Shown here one piece after another: positions 27,854 to 40,500 of a stretch of DNA of 64,000 nucleotides; position 1 is the first letter of the stretch; every line of letters begins with the position of its first letter. Origin of the DNA: Escherichia coli. Its GTDB lineage: Bacteria > Pseudomonadota > Gammaproteobacteria > Enterobacterales > Enterobacteriaceae. The stretch lies in NCBI RefSeq assembly GCF_030013595.1, contig NZ_CP122768.1; one strand, written 5' to 3'. The notes under the pieces are model-generated. The model was not told the origin of the DNA, searched no databases, and was given only the letters and a program-made list of their open reading frames with translations. Position numbers and translations under genes: made by a program.

Positions 27854-29197
27854 TTAAAGCAAACCACAGCGACGTTTACTGCGATCTTCCGCTTCCTGAT
27901 AAAGCTGGAACTCATCCAAAACCGGGCAGCCCAACGCCTGCTCAAATGTTTCGCGACTGGCATTACCGTGACTGCGTGCCTGCGTTTCATTACCCAGATT
28001 TGACTGGAAGATCCCCGCCGCGCTAACGGGCAAGAAATCTTCATAGGTAATGGGTTGCGCCACTACCCAACCACGTTCAATTAAGGGCTGTGGATCGTCT
28101 CCGGGATGAATCGCCTGACGATGCGCCTCACCCGAAGGCGTCAGACGGTACCGGAACCATGCCAGCCCTTGCTGACGCATTAAAAACTCACTGTCAGGAA
28201 AAGCGCGGAAGGTTTCCTGTAAATGCATTTGGTGAGTGAGATTATCCTGCCCGGTTCCAGCGTTCCGCAGTAGATCATCATACAGTTGTCGTCCTTTCGG
28301 CGTTAATGCCACGCCACGCTGCTCTATTTCACCAAAGCGCGCGGTATGCGTGCCCTGTTTCTGCCCTGCAAACAACACCGTCTCTTCCAGTGCTTTAAAG
28401 CTGGTCTGGCGTAGTAAAATAGGTACCTCGCGGCGCGGCGGCCCTTCGATCAGAATTTTGGGTTCAATCCCGCATTCAGGCATCATCGACTGCACCCGGT
28501 CAATATCCAGCGTGCGTGGCGTCAGGTGGTTGATATGGCATCCAGGAAAACAGACCACATCAGCAATCAGCCGATGTTCGTTATGCAAGGCGCGATAGGT
28601 TACTTCATCCACCGTTGCTGACTGGTGCCAGCGAAACGTTTCCAGGGCTTCCTGCACAAACTCCTGTGCCTGTGTTTCGTTAAAACCGCCCCGCTGCTCA
28701 TATTCCTCTAACAGTTGTCGACAACGTGGGGTGAAGATATCGCGCTGACGCAGAATCTCCGCTGCTTTCTGGCGCAAAAATTCGTTCTCGATAAGCTCAA
28801 GGCGGAGTAATGAGGTAAAAATGCGGAAGGGATTACGCGCCAGAGAAGCATCATCAATGGGCCGAAATGCTGTGGAATGTACCGGCACTCCCGCCTGCGA
28901 GAGATCGTAATAGCTCACCGGGTACATCCCCATAATGGCAAACATCCGCCGAAGAGTAGCAAGCTCTTGTGCAGTCCCAACGCGAATCGCCCCATGACGT
29001 TCAACATTCAGTCGCGCCAGCTCGTCTGCATTTACCATTTTTTCGTGCAGTTGAGGATTGTTTTCCAGCACAGCCAGATTCACATCAGCTACCAGTTCCA
29101 GCAGCGTGCCGTACTGCGGAACTTCTTGCTGGTACATGGCTGACATTGCCTGCGAAAACTGTTCCCGAATCTCATCCGCCGTGATGCTGTTCGCCAT
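27854..29197 (-). CDS. ydcJ: Uncharacterised protein YdcJ, 447 aa
   Basis: ORF track; size and synteny. Confidence 0.7.
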   Translation of the reverse strand: MANSITADEIREQFSQAMSAMYQQEVPQYGTLLELVADVNLAVLENNPQLHEKMVNADELARLNVERHGAIRVGTAQELATLRRMFAIMGMYPVSYYDLSQAGVPVHSTAFRPIDDASLARNPFRIFTSLLRLELIENEFLRQKAAEILRQRDIFTPRCRQLLEEYEQRGGFNETQAQEFVQEALETFRWHQSATVDEVTYRALHNEHRLIADVVCFPGCHINHLTPRTLDIDRVQSMMPECGIEPKILIEGPPRREVPILLRQTSFKALEETVLFAGQKQGTHTARFGEIEQRGVALTPKGRQLYDDLLRNAGTGQDNLTHQMHLQETFRAFPDSEFLMRQQGLAWFRYRLTPSGEAHRQAIHPGDDPQPLIERGWVVAQPITYEDFLPVSAAGIFQSNLGNETQARSHGNASRETFEQALGCPVLDEFQLYQEAEDRSKRRCGLL

Positions 29198-29413
29198 AAT
29201 GTCTGCCTCCAGTGGTCAGTAATCTGGAGTGTAGGTAACCGCATTCACTCTGGCGGGAAGAATTTGCAAACTGTGATCTCGCCGCGAAAACATTAATATT
29301 ATCCATTTTGATGTAATACAATTGCTTTAATTGTTAATAATATTTTGCAATCAAGTTATCATAATCAAACAACTTCACTTGTCAGCGACACCGCTTCGTT
29401 TTTAACATCGCTT

Positions 29414-30337
29414 ATGGAAAAAAATAGTCTGTTTAGTCAGCGCATCCGTTTGCGCCACCTTCATACATTCGTAGCTGTCGCACAACAAGGAACTTTGGGG
29501 CGCGCGGCTGAAACCCTTAATTTGAGTCAACCTGCGCTCTCTAAGACATTGAATGAACTGGAGCAACTGACGGGCGCTCGCTTGTTTGAGCGTGGTCGTC
29601 AGGGGGCGCAACTTACCTTACCCGGCGAACAATTTTTAACGCATGCAGTCAGAGTTCTTGACGCCATCAACACTGCCGGACAGTCGCTTCATCGTAAAGA
29701 AGGTCTTAATAATGATGTCGTCAGGGTTGGTGCACTACCTACTGCGGCACTGGGGATATTACCTTCGGTTATAGGTCAGTTTCATCAGCAACAAAAAGAG
29801 ACGACCTTGCAAGTTGCGACAATGAGTAACCCTATGATTCTGGCGGGTTTGAAAACCGGGGAAATCGATATCGGCATTGGTCGGATGTCAGATCCTGAAC
29901 TGATGACCGGGCTTAATTACGAACTGCTGTTTCTTGAATCGCTGAAGCTGGTTGTCCGCCCTAATCATCCGCTACTTCAGGAGAACGTAACGCTAAGCCG
30001 GGTGCTGGAATGGCCGGTCGTTGTATCACCAGAAGGCACTGCGCCACGCCAGCATTCAGATGCATTAGTGCAGAGCCAGGGATGTAAAATTCCTTCGGGT
30101 TGTATCGAAACGCTGTCTGCTTCGCTATCTCGTCAACTTACGGTTGAATACGATTACGTGTGGTTTGTCCCTTCTGGCGCTGTAAAAGACGACCTGCGTC
30201 AAGCCACGCTGGTGGCCCTGCCTGTTCCTGGACATGGTGCAGGCGAACCGATTGGAATACTGACCCGCGTAGATGCAACGTTCTCTTCTGGTTGCCAGTT
30301 GATGATTAACGCTATTCGAAAATCAATGCCGTTCTGA
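29414..30337 (+). CDS. ydcI: LysR-family transcriptional regulator, 307 aa
   Basis: Start MEKNSLFSQRIRLRHLHTF.. inside tracked ORF 29345..30337; LysR HTH. Confidence 0.75.
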   Translation: MEKNSLFSQRIRLRHLHTFVAVAQQGTLGRAAETLNLSQPALSKTLNELEQLTGARLFERGRQGAQLTLPGEQFLTHAVRVLDAINTAGQSLHRKEGLNNDVVRVGALPTAALGILPSVIGQFHQQQKETTLQVATMSNPMILAGLKTGEIDIGIGRMSDPELMTGLNYELLFLESLKLVVRPNHPLLQENVTLSRVLEWPVVVSPEGTAPRQHSDALVQSQGCKIPSGCIETLSASLSRQLTVEYDYVWFVPSGAVKDDLRQATLVALPVPGHGAGEPIGILTRVDATFSSGCQLMINAIRKSMPF

Positions 30338-30374
30338 AAGGTGAAGGGATCTGTCGATCCCTCCTTTAACATTT

Positions 30375-32015
30375 TCACACCGTAGCGAAACTAACTGGTT
30401 TACCAACTCCGCGAGGTTCTGCCGACACAGAATGTTTGTTCAGACGGAATACGTCCACCGCCTCAGTTAATCGTGCAGCCTGTTCTTCAAGGGACACCGC
30501 CGCCGCTGAGGCCTCTTCTACCAGAGAAGCATTCTGTTGCGTCACCTTATCCATTTCAGAAATCGCCTGGCTAACCTGAGTTATGCCTCTACTTTGTTCA
30601 TCCGAGGCGGCGGCGATTTCCTGCATGATATGTGTGACACTCGCGACGGCATCAACAATAGTGCTCATGGTTTTCCCTGCCGTTGCCACCTCATCCGACC
30701 CCAGGTCAATTAACCTGACTGATTCACTGATCAAGCCTTCAATCTCTTTCGCCGCCTGAGCGCTGCGGCTTGCGAGTGTCCGTACTTCGCTGGCGACAAC
30801 GGCAAATCCACGCCCTTGCTCACCCGCTCGCGCGGCTTCAACGGCAGCATTCAGTGCCAGAATATTCGTCTGGAAAGCAATACTGTTGATGACGGCGGTG
30901 ATCTCAGAAATTTTCTTCGAACTCGTGGAGATAGCGCCCATCGTTTTTACTACACCGGAAACCGTCTGCCCGCCATCGCTGGCTTTAATAGAAGCCTCTT
31001 GCGCCAGTTTGCTGGCATGATGCGCGTTATCCGCATTCTGTTTCACCGTCGCAGTAAGTTGCTCCATGCTGGCGGCAGTTTGTTCGATAGCCGCCGCTTG
31101 TTCTTCGGTGCGAGATGACAGGTCCGCATTGCCAGCTGAAATTTCGCTGGTGCCACGATAAATCTCTTCCGCACCCTGTCGAACAGTCCCTACTGTCATC
31201 CCCAGTGAATGCTGCATTTGCTGTAAATGACGACTTAAGCGACCGATTTCATTACGACCCGCCGGTTCATCATTCATCGTCAGATCGCCACTGGCGATTT
31301 TTTCAATCCGTTGTGCGGCATGTTGCAGTGGACGAATGACGATCCGACGTAGCACTATAAATGTTATCAGCGTCATGACCAGGGCAAGCACAAACGCGCC
31401 AATCATGAACATCCCACCCAGGCGGGTGCGCTGATGGGCCAGTTCCGCCAGTTGGTTGGCTCTGGCGCTACGTATCTTAACGGCTTTGCTCAAAATATCG
31501 GTATAAGCATTATCCAGCGGTCGGATCTGCTCACTTTCATGATTGATAATCGCTTCAAACATGCCATTTTTGGCATATTTCAACATCGGTTGCATACCCG
31601 TGATATAAGCCTGGAAGCGTTGATTTAATTCAGTGTCGAGGGCTTCATCAGCAGGTGTTTTCACCGACCGATTCTGATAAGCACGATAACCTTGCTGCGA
31701 CTGTTTAATCTCCGATTCGGCTTGCGCAATATTTCGCTTCATTGCTTCCAATTCCGCAATACGACTCGCAGCACCGGCCTGAATCATATTGATCCGGGCT
31801 GAACGCAAAAAATCTGAACTGTTCGCTAACCCGGTCCGAATCTCAATCTCCGCAGTAACATCCCGCTGATCGCGATCGGCCTGCCAAAGGAAATAGCCGG
31901 CCAGGGCTGAACTTAATGCGAATAGAACTAAGATACCGCCAAGAATGCAGGCAAATAACGGAACCAGCCTGATGTGATGCAAAAAACCTAATCGCTGTGA
32001 GGGAGTTGTATTCAT
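30375..32015 (-). CDS. trg: Methyl-accepting chemotaxis protein III (ribose/galactose sensor), 546 aa
   Basis: ORF track; MCP signalling domain. Confidence 0.9.
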   Translation of the reverse strand: MNTTPSQRLGFLHHIRLVPLFACILGGILVLFALSSALAGYFLWQADRDQRDVTAEIEIRTGLANSSDFLRSARINMIQAGAASRIAELEAMKRNIAQAESEIKQSQQGYRAYQNRSVKTPADEALDTELNQRFQAYITGMQPMLKYAKNGMFEAIINHESEQIRPLDNAYTDILSKAVKIRSARANQLAELAHQRTRLGGMFMIGAFVLALVMTLITFIVLRRIVIRPLQHAAQRIEKIASGDLTMNDEPAGRNEIGRLSRHLQQMQHSLGMTVGTVRQGAEEIYRGTSEISAGNADLSSRTEEQAAAIEQTAASMEQLTATVKQNADNAHHASKLAQEASIKASDGGQTVSGVVKTMGAISTSSKKISEITAVINSIAFQTNILALNAAVEAARAGEQGRGFAVVASEVRTLASRSAQAAKEIEGLISESVRLIDLGSDEVATAGKTMSTIVDAVASVTHIMQEIAAASDEQSRGITQVSQAISEMDKVTQQNASLVEEASAAAVSLEEQAARLTEAVDVFRLNKHSVSAEPRGVGKPVSFATV

Positions 32016-32355
32016 TACCGTTGTCTCTCGTCCAGGTTTACTCCTGATAGAAAGTCATCGGCACTTGACGGTAATTACTTATGACCAAAAACCTCTTTGC
32101 GTCACATTTTTACAACAATTATGGCAGAGAAAATTAATGCTATTGGAATGAAGAGAGTAACGAATGGCTAAACTGGCTAACCCGAATGACGAAAAATTCT
32201 GGAAAACAGCACGCAATTTCGTCAGGTGATTATTTTCGTCCCTAAGGAAACCACATAGGATGCTCACGGGTGCCTGAGACTTTCTGTTTTCAGGCTAACC
32301 GGGAATCAGAAAGACGAAGGCCCCGACCGATATTTCTATCAACCGAGGCCAACGA

Positions 32356-32563
<208 letters not shown>

Positions 32564-32634
32564 GGGCAAGCGCGGGGATTTTCCCCGCGCATCTGACTAG
32601 CAGATTCATTTTCTCATGGCACCCCTTTTACACT

Positions 32635-32787
32635 TCAGTTAGTGCATGTTTTTTTCGATGCACTAATAGAACCATCATTACAGACAAATTTGCCGCCTGC
32701 CGTACAGTGTGAGATCCCCCCTTTCGAACCAGAACAGGGTTTGCGCCCGGCATCGGCAAAAAAGGAAACAAGCGCTCCTATAACCAA
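32635..32787 (-). pseudogene. ydcA: ydcA-like small Cys-rich protein ORF with disrupted 5' end
   Basis: Minus frame encodes ..[43 protein letters not shown]; the only ATG (at ~32798) is in another frame and hits a stop after 6 codons. Confidence 0.3.
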
Positions 32788-33042
32788 GATGTTTTCATAT
32801 AACCTCCATGGTTTATCGAATCTTATGTTCGATTTGAACGTTATACGCTGGTTTATTTTGATACCGTTGATGAGATCAAAGATCGGGTGAATTGATTAAA
32901 GATAAGCCAGATGGACGTATGGATAAGGATTATGGTTTTATTTGTCATACAAATAAATATAATAGGCGCTTCCGATGTAGACCCGTATTCTTCGCCTGTA
33001 CCACGGGTCGGTTTTAGTACAGGCGTTTTCTTTAAATATCCT

Positions 33043-33573
33043 TCAGGAACGTTTACGCGGCATCATGCGTAGAAGTGTGTTGTCCTTCCAGAAATAGTGG
33101 TGTGCCAGTGCAGCCGCAGCGTGCAACCCGATGACAAAATATCCCAGATTCGCCAGCATTTCATGCCACGACTTTAAGCTATCAACCCGTTCGAAATTGG
33201 CCTCTGATGCATAAGGCATCGTCAAACCAAACGCAAACCACGGGTTGCCTCGGTTATACATCATCACCAAACCAATCACTGGCAGCGCAATAAACAGGAG
33301 ATAAATCACCAAATGTCCCAAATGCGCCAGTCCCGTCATCATCGGTTTTGGCTTAGGTATAATCGGCGGGGTTGGGTATTTCAGCCTTAACAAAAGACGA
33401 ACGACCATCAGCACGAGAATTGATATGCCACAGGAAACATGAATCATGTTGATGAGTGGCCGATCGCTACGTGGGAAGAAACCCCGAAACTCCATTGCGC
33501 AATACGCTGCGATAACCAGCATAAAGACCAGCCAGTGAATGCTGATTTGTAACCTTGAGTATTTATTTCCCAT
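33043..33573 (-). CDS. cybB: Cytochrome b561, 176 aa
   Basis: Start MGNKYSRLQISIHW.. inside tracked ORF 33043..33609. Confidence 0.85.
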   Translation of the reverse strand: MGNKYSRLQISIHWLVFMLVIAAYCAMEFRGFFPRSDRPLINMIHVSCGISILVLMVVRLLLRLKYPTPPIIPKPKPMMTGLAHLGHLVIYLLFIALPVIGLVMMYNRGNPWFAFGLTMPYASEANFERVDSLKSWHEMLANLGYFVIGLHAAAALAHHYFWKDNTLLRMMPRKRS

Positions 33574-33761
33574 AACATTTCCTGCTTTAACATAATTTTC
33601 CGTTAACATAACGGGCTTTTCTTAAAATTTCATTAAATATTGTTCACCCGTTTTCAGTACGTTACGTTTCACGGCAAGAATGTAGATTGCCCATCCCGCC
33701 ATCCTGGTCTAAGCCTGGAAAGGATCAATTTTCATCCGAACGTTCCTGACAGGAGAAGACC

Positions 33762-34763
33762 ATGAGTAAAGTTGGTATTAACGGTTTTGGTCGTATCGGT
33801 CGACTGGTGTTGCGTCGATTACTTGAAGTCAAAAGCAACATAGACATTGTCGCTATTAATGATCTCACTTCCCCAAAAATTCTCGCCTACCTGCTGAAAC
33901 ATGATTCAAACTACGGACCATTCCCCTGGAGCGTTGATTTTACGGAAGATTCACTTATCGTTGATGGAAAAAGTATCGCGGTTTACGCCGAAAAAGAGGC
34001 TAAAAATATTCCATGGAAAGCGAAAGGCGCAGAAATCATTGTCGAATGTACTGGCTTTTATACCTCCGCCGATAAATCGCAGGCGCACCTTGATGCTGGT
34101 GCGAAGAAGGTGTTGATTTCCGCCCCTGCCGGTGAAATGAAAACCATCGTTTATAACGTCAATGACGACACACTGGATGGCAACGACACCATTGTTTCCG
34201 TGGCGTCATGCACCACTAATTGTCTTGCACCGATGGCCAAAGCCTTGCACGACAGTTTCGGAATAGAAGTCGGCACGATGACGACCATTCATGCCTATAC
34301 CGGCACTCAGTCACTGGTGGATGGCCCGCGTGGTAAAGATTTACGTGCTTCACGCGCAGCGGCAGAAAATATCATTCCCCACACTACGGGGGCGGCAAAA
34401 GCCATTGGTCTGGTGATCCCGGAACTGAGCGGCAAACTGAAAGGTCATGCGCAACGCGTACCCGTGAAAACAGGTTCGGTGACTGAACTGGTGTCTATTC
34501 TTGGAAAAAAAGTGACTGCCGAAGAGGTGAACAACGCGCTTAAAAAGGCGACAAACAATAATGAGTCATTTGGTTATACCGATGAAGAAATAGTCTCTTC
34601 CGATATCATTGGCAGCCATTTCGGTTCGGTGTTTGATGCCACGCAAACGGAAATTACCGCCGTGGGCGATTTACAGCTGGTGAAAACGGTCGCCTGGTAC
34701 GATAACGAATATGGCTTCGTCACACAGCTCATTCGCACCCTCGAAAAATTCGCTAAACTCTGA
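33762..34763 (+). CDS. gapC: Glyceraldehyde-3-phosphate dehydrogenase C, intact 333 aa
   Basis: ORF track; NAD-binding [10 protein letters not shown] and active site [10 protein letters not shown]. Confidence 0.85.
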   Translation: MSKVGINGFGRIGRLVLRRLLEVKSNIDIVAINDLTSPKILAYLLKHDSNYGPFPWSVDFTEDSLIVDGKSIAVYAEKEAKNIPWKAKGAEIIVECTGFYTSADKSQAHLDAGAKKVLISAPAGEMKTIVYNVNDDTLDGNDTIVSVASCTTNCLAPMAKALHDSFGIEVGTMTTIHAYTGTQSLVDGPRGKDLRASRAAAENIIPHTTGAAKAIGLVIPELSGKLKGHAQRVPVKTGSVTELVSILGKKVTAEEVNNALKKATNNNESFGYTDEEIVSSDIIGSHFGSVFDATQTEITAVGDLQLVKTVAWYDNEYGFVTQLIRTLEKFAKL

Positions 34764-34803
34764 CGCACACAGGCGGAGGAAAAACCTCCGCCTCTTCCAC
34801 TCA

Positions 34804-36243
34804 TTAAGACTGTAAATAAACCACCTGGGTCTGCAGATATTCATGCAGGCCATGTTTACCATCTGCGCCGCCAATACCGGATTTACGCCATCCGGCGTGG
34901 AAGCCTTGCATAGCTTCGAAGTTTTCACGGTTGATGTAAGTTTCACCAAACTTCAGCCCTTTAATGGCTTTCATCGCGACGTTCAGATTTTGGGTATAGA
35001 TTGATGAGGTCAGGCCGTAATCACTGTCATTCGCCATTGCGATAGCATCTTCCAGCGTGTCAAATGCGACCACCGGCAGAACCGGGCCAAAGGTTTCCTC
35101 ATGCATAATCGACATTTCCTGGCGAACATCCAGCAGCAATGTCGGCGGATAATAATATCCTTTCCCCTCTACCGCTTTGCCACCCAACGCCACTCTCGCC
35201 CCTTCTTCTACTGCGCGCGCCACTTTTTGCTCGACCCTTTCCAGCGCCGCGGCGTTAATCAACGGCCCCATCGCAATGTCGTTGCGTTCTGCGGGGTTAC
35301 CAAATTGAACCGCCTGCAACGCTTCACCCAGCCGATTGACGAACTGATCATAAATGCCTTTCTGTACATAAACACGTTCTGCACAGTTACACACTTGCCC
35401 ACTATTAATGACGCGTGAATCAACGATGGCTTTGACTGCCAGTTCAAGATCGGCATCGTCCATTACGATAGCTGGTGCTTTACCCCCCAATTCCAGGCAC
35501 ACTTTGGTGATGTTTTTCGCCGCAGTCGCCATGATCTTTTCACCTGCAGAGACGCTGCCTGTCATACTGACCATTGCGACCTTTGGGTTACCCGCCAGTT
35601 CTTGCCCAACGGTTTCACCACGCCCCAGAACAAGGTTAAACACGCCGCGCGGAAGGCCTATTTCATCGACGATTTTGGCGAATGCAATCGCATTGTTTGG
35701 CGTAAATTCACTGGGTTTAATGACAATGGTATTACCAGTCAAAAGAGCGGGAGCCATTTTGCGGGCAATGAGGAAGAACGGGAAGTTCCACGGCAGAATG
35801 CCGGTAGTCACACCAAGCGCACGTTTAAACAGAAGAATATTTTCTCCTGGACGATCGCTTTGAATAATCTCGCCCTCGTAACGCCGTGCCCACTCCGCCA
35901 TGTAATCGATATAGTCCGCAGTAAAAGCCACTTCGACTTCAGCCAGCTGCTGGATCTTGCCCCCTTCTTCAACAATCAGCGCACTGATTTCACTGGCGCG
36001 TTCGCGGATCCCGGCGGAGATTTTGCGCAACCAACTGGCGCGTTCAATGGCAGGCAACGCTTCCCATTCTGGTTGTGCACGTTCTGCTGCATCGATTGCC
36101 TTACGGGCATCCTCGGCCTGACCATCGGGAATGCGGGAAATGACAACCTCAGTAGCAGGGTTTACCACATCAATCCATGCGTCTCCACGCCAGGTAACAA
36201 ACTGTCCATCGATATACATAGGATGTTGAACGGGTACTGACAT
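34804..36243 (-). CDS. aldA: Lactaldehyde/aldehyde dehydrogenase A, 479 aa
   Basis: ORF track; ALDH motifs. Confidence 0.9.
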   Translation of the reverse strand: MSVPVQHPMYIDGQFVTWRGDAWIDVVNPATEVVISRIPDGQAEDARKAIDAAERAQPEWEALPAIERASWLRKISAGIRERASEISALIVEEGGKIQQLAEVEVAFTADYIDYMAEWARRYEGEIIQSDRPGENILLFKRALGVTTGILPWNFPFFLIARKMAPALLTGNTIVIKPSEFTPNNAIAFAKIVDEIGLPRGVFNLVLGRGETVGQELAGNPKVAMVSMTGSVSAGEKIMATAAKNITKVCLELGGKAPAIVMDDADLELAVKAIVDSRVINSGQVCNCAERVYVQKGIYDQFVNRLGEALQAVQFGNPAERNDIAMGPLINAAALERVEQKVARAVEEGARVALGGKAVEGKGYYYPPTLLLDVRQEMSIMHEETFGPVLPVVAFDTLEDAIAMANDSDYGLTSSIYTQNLNVAMKAIKGLKFGETYINRENFEAMQGFHAGWRKSGIGGADGKHGLHEYLQTQVVYLQS

Positions 36244-36439
36244 GGGCGACTCCTGTGATTTATATGTTTGTTTTCGGTGAATACATTGTTAATTAACATC
36301 AATCATCAAAGAGACGGCATCGTGAAAGGACAATTCTGTGAAGGGCTTCATAAAAACAAGTGTAAAAGGAATAAAAGGCAGAAATAAACGTCAGGAGTCA
36401 TGCCCGTTTGCAAACAAGTGGTTCACAAACGGGCAATTT

Positions 36440-37240
36440 TTAACGTAACGAGCGACTTTCCATCGCCTCGATGAGCACCGCATCGTGTTTCAGCGTTTGC
36501 CATGCATGGATGACTTCTGCCGGAAAATCAACGTGAACGATAAAATCTCGCCCGCGGGGACCGTAGCCATCGCTATCATCGCGTAAACGCGGCAGCTCGC
36601 CAGTGAGTAGTGAGAGATAACGCTCAACCGGCCATAATCCTTGCAACGGATTAACAAAGATTACACTGTCTGCGTTGTTTCCTAGCTGAGGAACGAATCC
36701 GGGATAACTTAACCAGCGTGGTGCATCGGGATTGTCCCCAGTCATACGGCGGAACGTCGCCATCGTGCGCCGCTGCATGGTGGGGTCCTGAACAACGATA
36801 GCCGTATGAACTCGTTCTACGGCCTGATTCAATAGCGCGATGCTAAAGCGTGCGTTTTCACCGCAGTTTGTTGACTGGTCTTCAATCCAGATTTTTTCAT
36901 GCGGAATGTGCCAGAACTGATGAGCGATATCCGCCAGGATGGTAGCTTCTGCTCTGCCAGTGGTGCGGATAGTGTTGTAGTGCGGATGCTGTGCGATGGC
37001 ACTATACAAAAAAGTTGTCGAGTGACCGATACCACCACTAATCAGTAGAGGAATTTGCTGATCGCGGGCAATCTTGCATGCCGCATCGATAGTTGGCATA
37101 ACCGCATTGCCTGCAAGGATCACGCAATCGGCCTGATACGGCATCTCACCGGAGAAATCATCCTGCGCCAGCCACTGACCGATAACATTTATGGCATCTA
37201 TGGTTGCCGGCGAAAGCGTCGGAAACGGGGTAATGTTCAT
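36440..37240 (-). CDS. ydcF: DUF218-family protein YdcF, 266 aa
   Basis: ORF track; synteny. Confidence 0.7.
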   Translation of the reverse strand: MNITPFPTLSPATIDAINVIGQWLAQDDFSGEMPYQADCVILAGNAVMPTIDAACKIARDQQIPLLISGGIGHSTTFLYSAIAQHPHYNTIRTTGRAEATILADIAHQFWHIPHEKIWIEDQSTNCGENARFSIALLNQAVERVHTAIVVQDPTMQRRTMATFRRMTGDNPDAPRWLSYPGFVPQLGNNADSVIFVNPLQGLWPVERYLSLLTGELPRLRDDSDGYGPRGRDFIVHVDFPAEVIHAWQTLKHDAVLIEAMESRSLR

Positions 37241-37454
37241 GGTTCCTCCTTATCGTTTCCTTAAGAATACTGCGTGAGATAATAATGAGAAGCGGAGCAC
37301 TCTGAAAGGAGGAAGTCGTATTTCCTTAACCGCTACTCCGCAAGCCTGACATATCTTTTAAGGAAATGCTGTAGATAAACATTATTCATCTTGCAGCAGA
37401 GAATTGTATTTTTCTGAATTCCTGAATTTTTGCCCTTACCGTTTTAGAATTAAT

Positions 37455-37487
37455 AAAAAACCCGGCGCTAAATGCTTACCGGGTTTT
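37455..37487 (-). terminator. Rho-independent terminator downstream of hrpA
   Basis: AAAAAACCCGGCGCTAAATGCTTACCGGGTTTT. Confidence 0.55.
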
Positions 37488-37511
37488 AGATTTATCAGGC
37501 AAATAGCAGTG

Positions 37512-40500
37512 TTAACCGCTAATCTGCTCCATCGCCTGCAAAATACGCTTATCTGAAATCGGATAAGGCGTACCAAGTTGTTGAGCGAAGTAACTAACGC
37601 GCAGCTCTTCTATCATCCAGCGGATCTCTTTCACGTCTTCATCCTCACGACGTGCGGGCGGCAGTTTGTTGATCCATTGCTGCCACGCCTGCTGGACGTT
37701 TTCGACTTTCAGCATCTGAGCACGGTCACGATGCGGATCAACCGCCAGTTTTTCCAGTCGTTTTTCAATCGCCTGCAAATAACGCAGCGTGTCGCCCAGC
37801 CGTTTAAAACCGTTGCCAGTGACAAAACCGCGATACACCAACCCGCCCATCTGCGCTTTGATGTCAGAAAGCCCCAGCGCCATAGTCATATCCACCCGCC
37901 CTTTCAGGCGTTTGTTGATATTGAAGACTGCAGTAAGGATTTGCTCGACCTGCTTCGCAATATCCACCACCGTGTCGTTCAGTTCAGCGCGGACTTTTTC
38001 ATGCAGCGCAGCAAAGCCTTCTTCCGTCCAGACCGGGCCACCATTGGCGTCGATCAGTTGATCCACACCGCAGGAGATACAGTCGTCGATCAGCTCCAGC
38101 ACTTTGCCATACGGGTTAAAGTACAGCCCCAGCTTGGCTTTGTTTGGCAACTTCTCATGCAAATATTTGATTGGCGAGGGAATATTCAGCAGCAGTAGAC
38201 GGCGAAGACCGTTCCACATTGCCTGCTTTTGTTCCAGCGGATTATCAAACAGTTTGATCGCCACGCTGTCGCGTTCATCCACTAGCGCTGGCCACGCCTT
38301 CACTTTATAGTTGCCACGCTTCTGTTCGTAGCTTTCCGGCAGCTGACCAAAACTCCAGATATGTAAGCCGCTCTGCTCGATACCGTCATCCGCCACCGCA
38401 GACAGCGTTTCCTGCACTTTGCCTTTCAGCGCATCTTTCAGATCTTGTAGAGAGCGCCCTTCTTTTAGCTTCTTGTTTTTGTCATCCACCACGCGGAAGG
38501 TGATTTTCAGGTGATCAGGCACCTGATCCCAGTGCCAGTCTTCGCGGTCAACGGTAACGCCGGTCATCCGCCGTAACTCGCGCTCAAGGCTGTCGAGCAA
38601 CGGTAACTCCAGCGGTGTGACGCGGCCTAAAAACGCTTCGGCGTAGTTTGGCGCGGGCACAAAATTACGGCGTACCGGTTTCGGCAACGATTTAATCAAT
38701 GCGATGATCAGTTCACGACGCAGGCCGGGGATTTGCCATTCAAACCCGCTCTCTTCTACCTGATCAAGCAGCGGCAGCGGAATATGCACGGTCACACCGT
38801 CCGCGTCCGCGCCTGGCTCAAACTGATAGCTCAAACGCAGCTTGAGATTGCCCTGATGCCAGAAGTTCGGATAATCCAGCTTGCTGATTTTTTCCGCCCC
38901 TTCTTTGATCAACATGCTCTTTTCAAAGTTGAGCAAATCAGGCGTTTCGCGGCTGACTTTTTTCCACCAGCTGTCGAAGTGACGTGCGGAGATTACATCG
39001 TGGCTGATGCGCTGGTCGTAGAACTCAAACAACGTTTCGTCATCAACCAGAATATCGCGGCGACGTGATTTGTGTTCCAGCTCTTCCACTTCGGCCCGCA
39101 GTTTCAGGTTTTCACGGAAGAATGCGTGACGCGTCTGCCAGTCACCTTCCACCAGCGCGTGGCGAATAAAGAGTTCACGACATAACGCCGGATCGATCTG
39201 GCTGTAGTTGACCTTACGCGCAGCAACAATCGGCAAACCATAAACAGTGACTTTTTCCGTTGCCATCACCGCGCCCTGCGCCCGTTCCCAGTGCGGTTCG
39301 CTGTAGGTGCGTTTAATCAAATGCTGAGCAACGGGTTCTACCCATTCAGGGTCGATACGTGCCGCAATGCGCCCCCACAGGCGGCTGGTTTCTACCAGTT
39401 CCGCCACCATTACCCATTTCGGCGGCTTTTTAAATAAGCCGGAACCGGGGAAAATGGAGAAACGCGCGTTACGTGCGCCGGTATATTCTTGTTTATCGGC
39501 ATCTTTCATGCCGATATGGGAAAGCAAACCGGTCAGTAAGGCGATGTGAATTTCGCGATACTCCGCCGGTTCGCTGTTAACCGGAATGCCAAGTTCTTTC
39601 ACTACCTGACGCAACTGGGTGTAGATATCCTGCCATTCGCGCACGCGCAGATAGTTGAGATAATCGGTACGACACAGGCGACGGAAGGCGTTAGAAGAAA
39701 GCGCCTTTTGCTGCTCGCCGAGATAATTCCACAGATTTACAAACGCGAGGAAGTCGGATTCTTTGTCGTGGAAGCGGCGATGTTTTTCGTCCGATGCCTG
39801 CTGTCTATCCATCGGACGCTCGCGCGGATCCTGAATGGAGAGCGCGGACGTGATAATCATCGCCTCACGCACGCAGCCATGTTTTTGCGCTTCCAGCACC
39901 ATACGCGCCAGACGTGGGTCGACAGGCAACTGCGAGAGCTGGCGACCGAGCGGCGTCAGTTTATAGGCGCTGGCCTGTTCATCCGTGGTGATCGCGCCCA
40001 GTTCTTCGAGCAGACGCACGCCATCCTGGATATTGCGTTTATCCGGTGCTTCTACAAACGGGAATGCGGCGATATCGCCCAACCCCAGCGCGGTCATCTG
40101 TAAAATAACCGAGGCCAGGTTGGTACGCAGAATCTCCGGATCGGTAAACTCCGGGCGCGAGAGGAAATCGTCTTCGGAATAGAGACGAATACAGATCCCT
40201 TCGGACACACGACCACAGCGGCCTTTACGCTGATTGGCAGACGCCTGCGAAATGGGCTCAATCGGCAAACGCTGCACTTTAGTGCGATAGCTGTAGCGGC
40301 TGATACGCGCCGTACCTGGGTCGATAACGTATTTAATCCCCGGTACGGTCAGCGACGTTTCCGCGACGTTGGTCGCCAGCACAATGCGCCGTCCACTGTG
40401 CGACTGGAACACGCGGTTCTGTTCGCTGTTCGAAAGCCGCGCATAAAGCGGCAAGATTTCGGTATGGCGTAAGTTCAGCTTGTTCAGCGCATCGGCGGTA

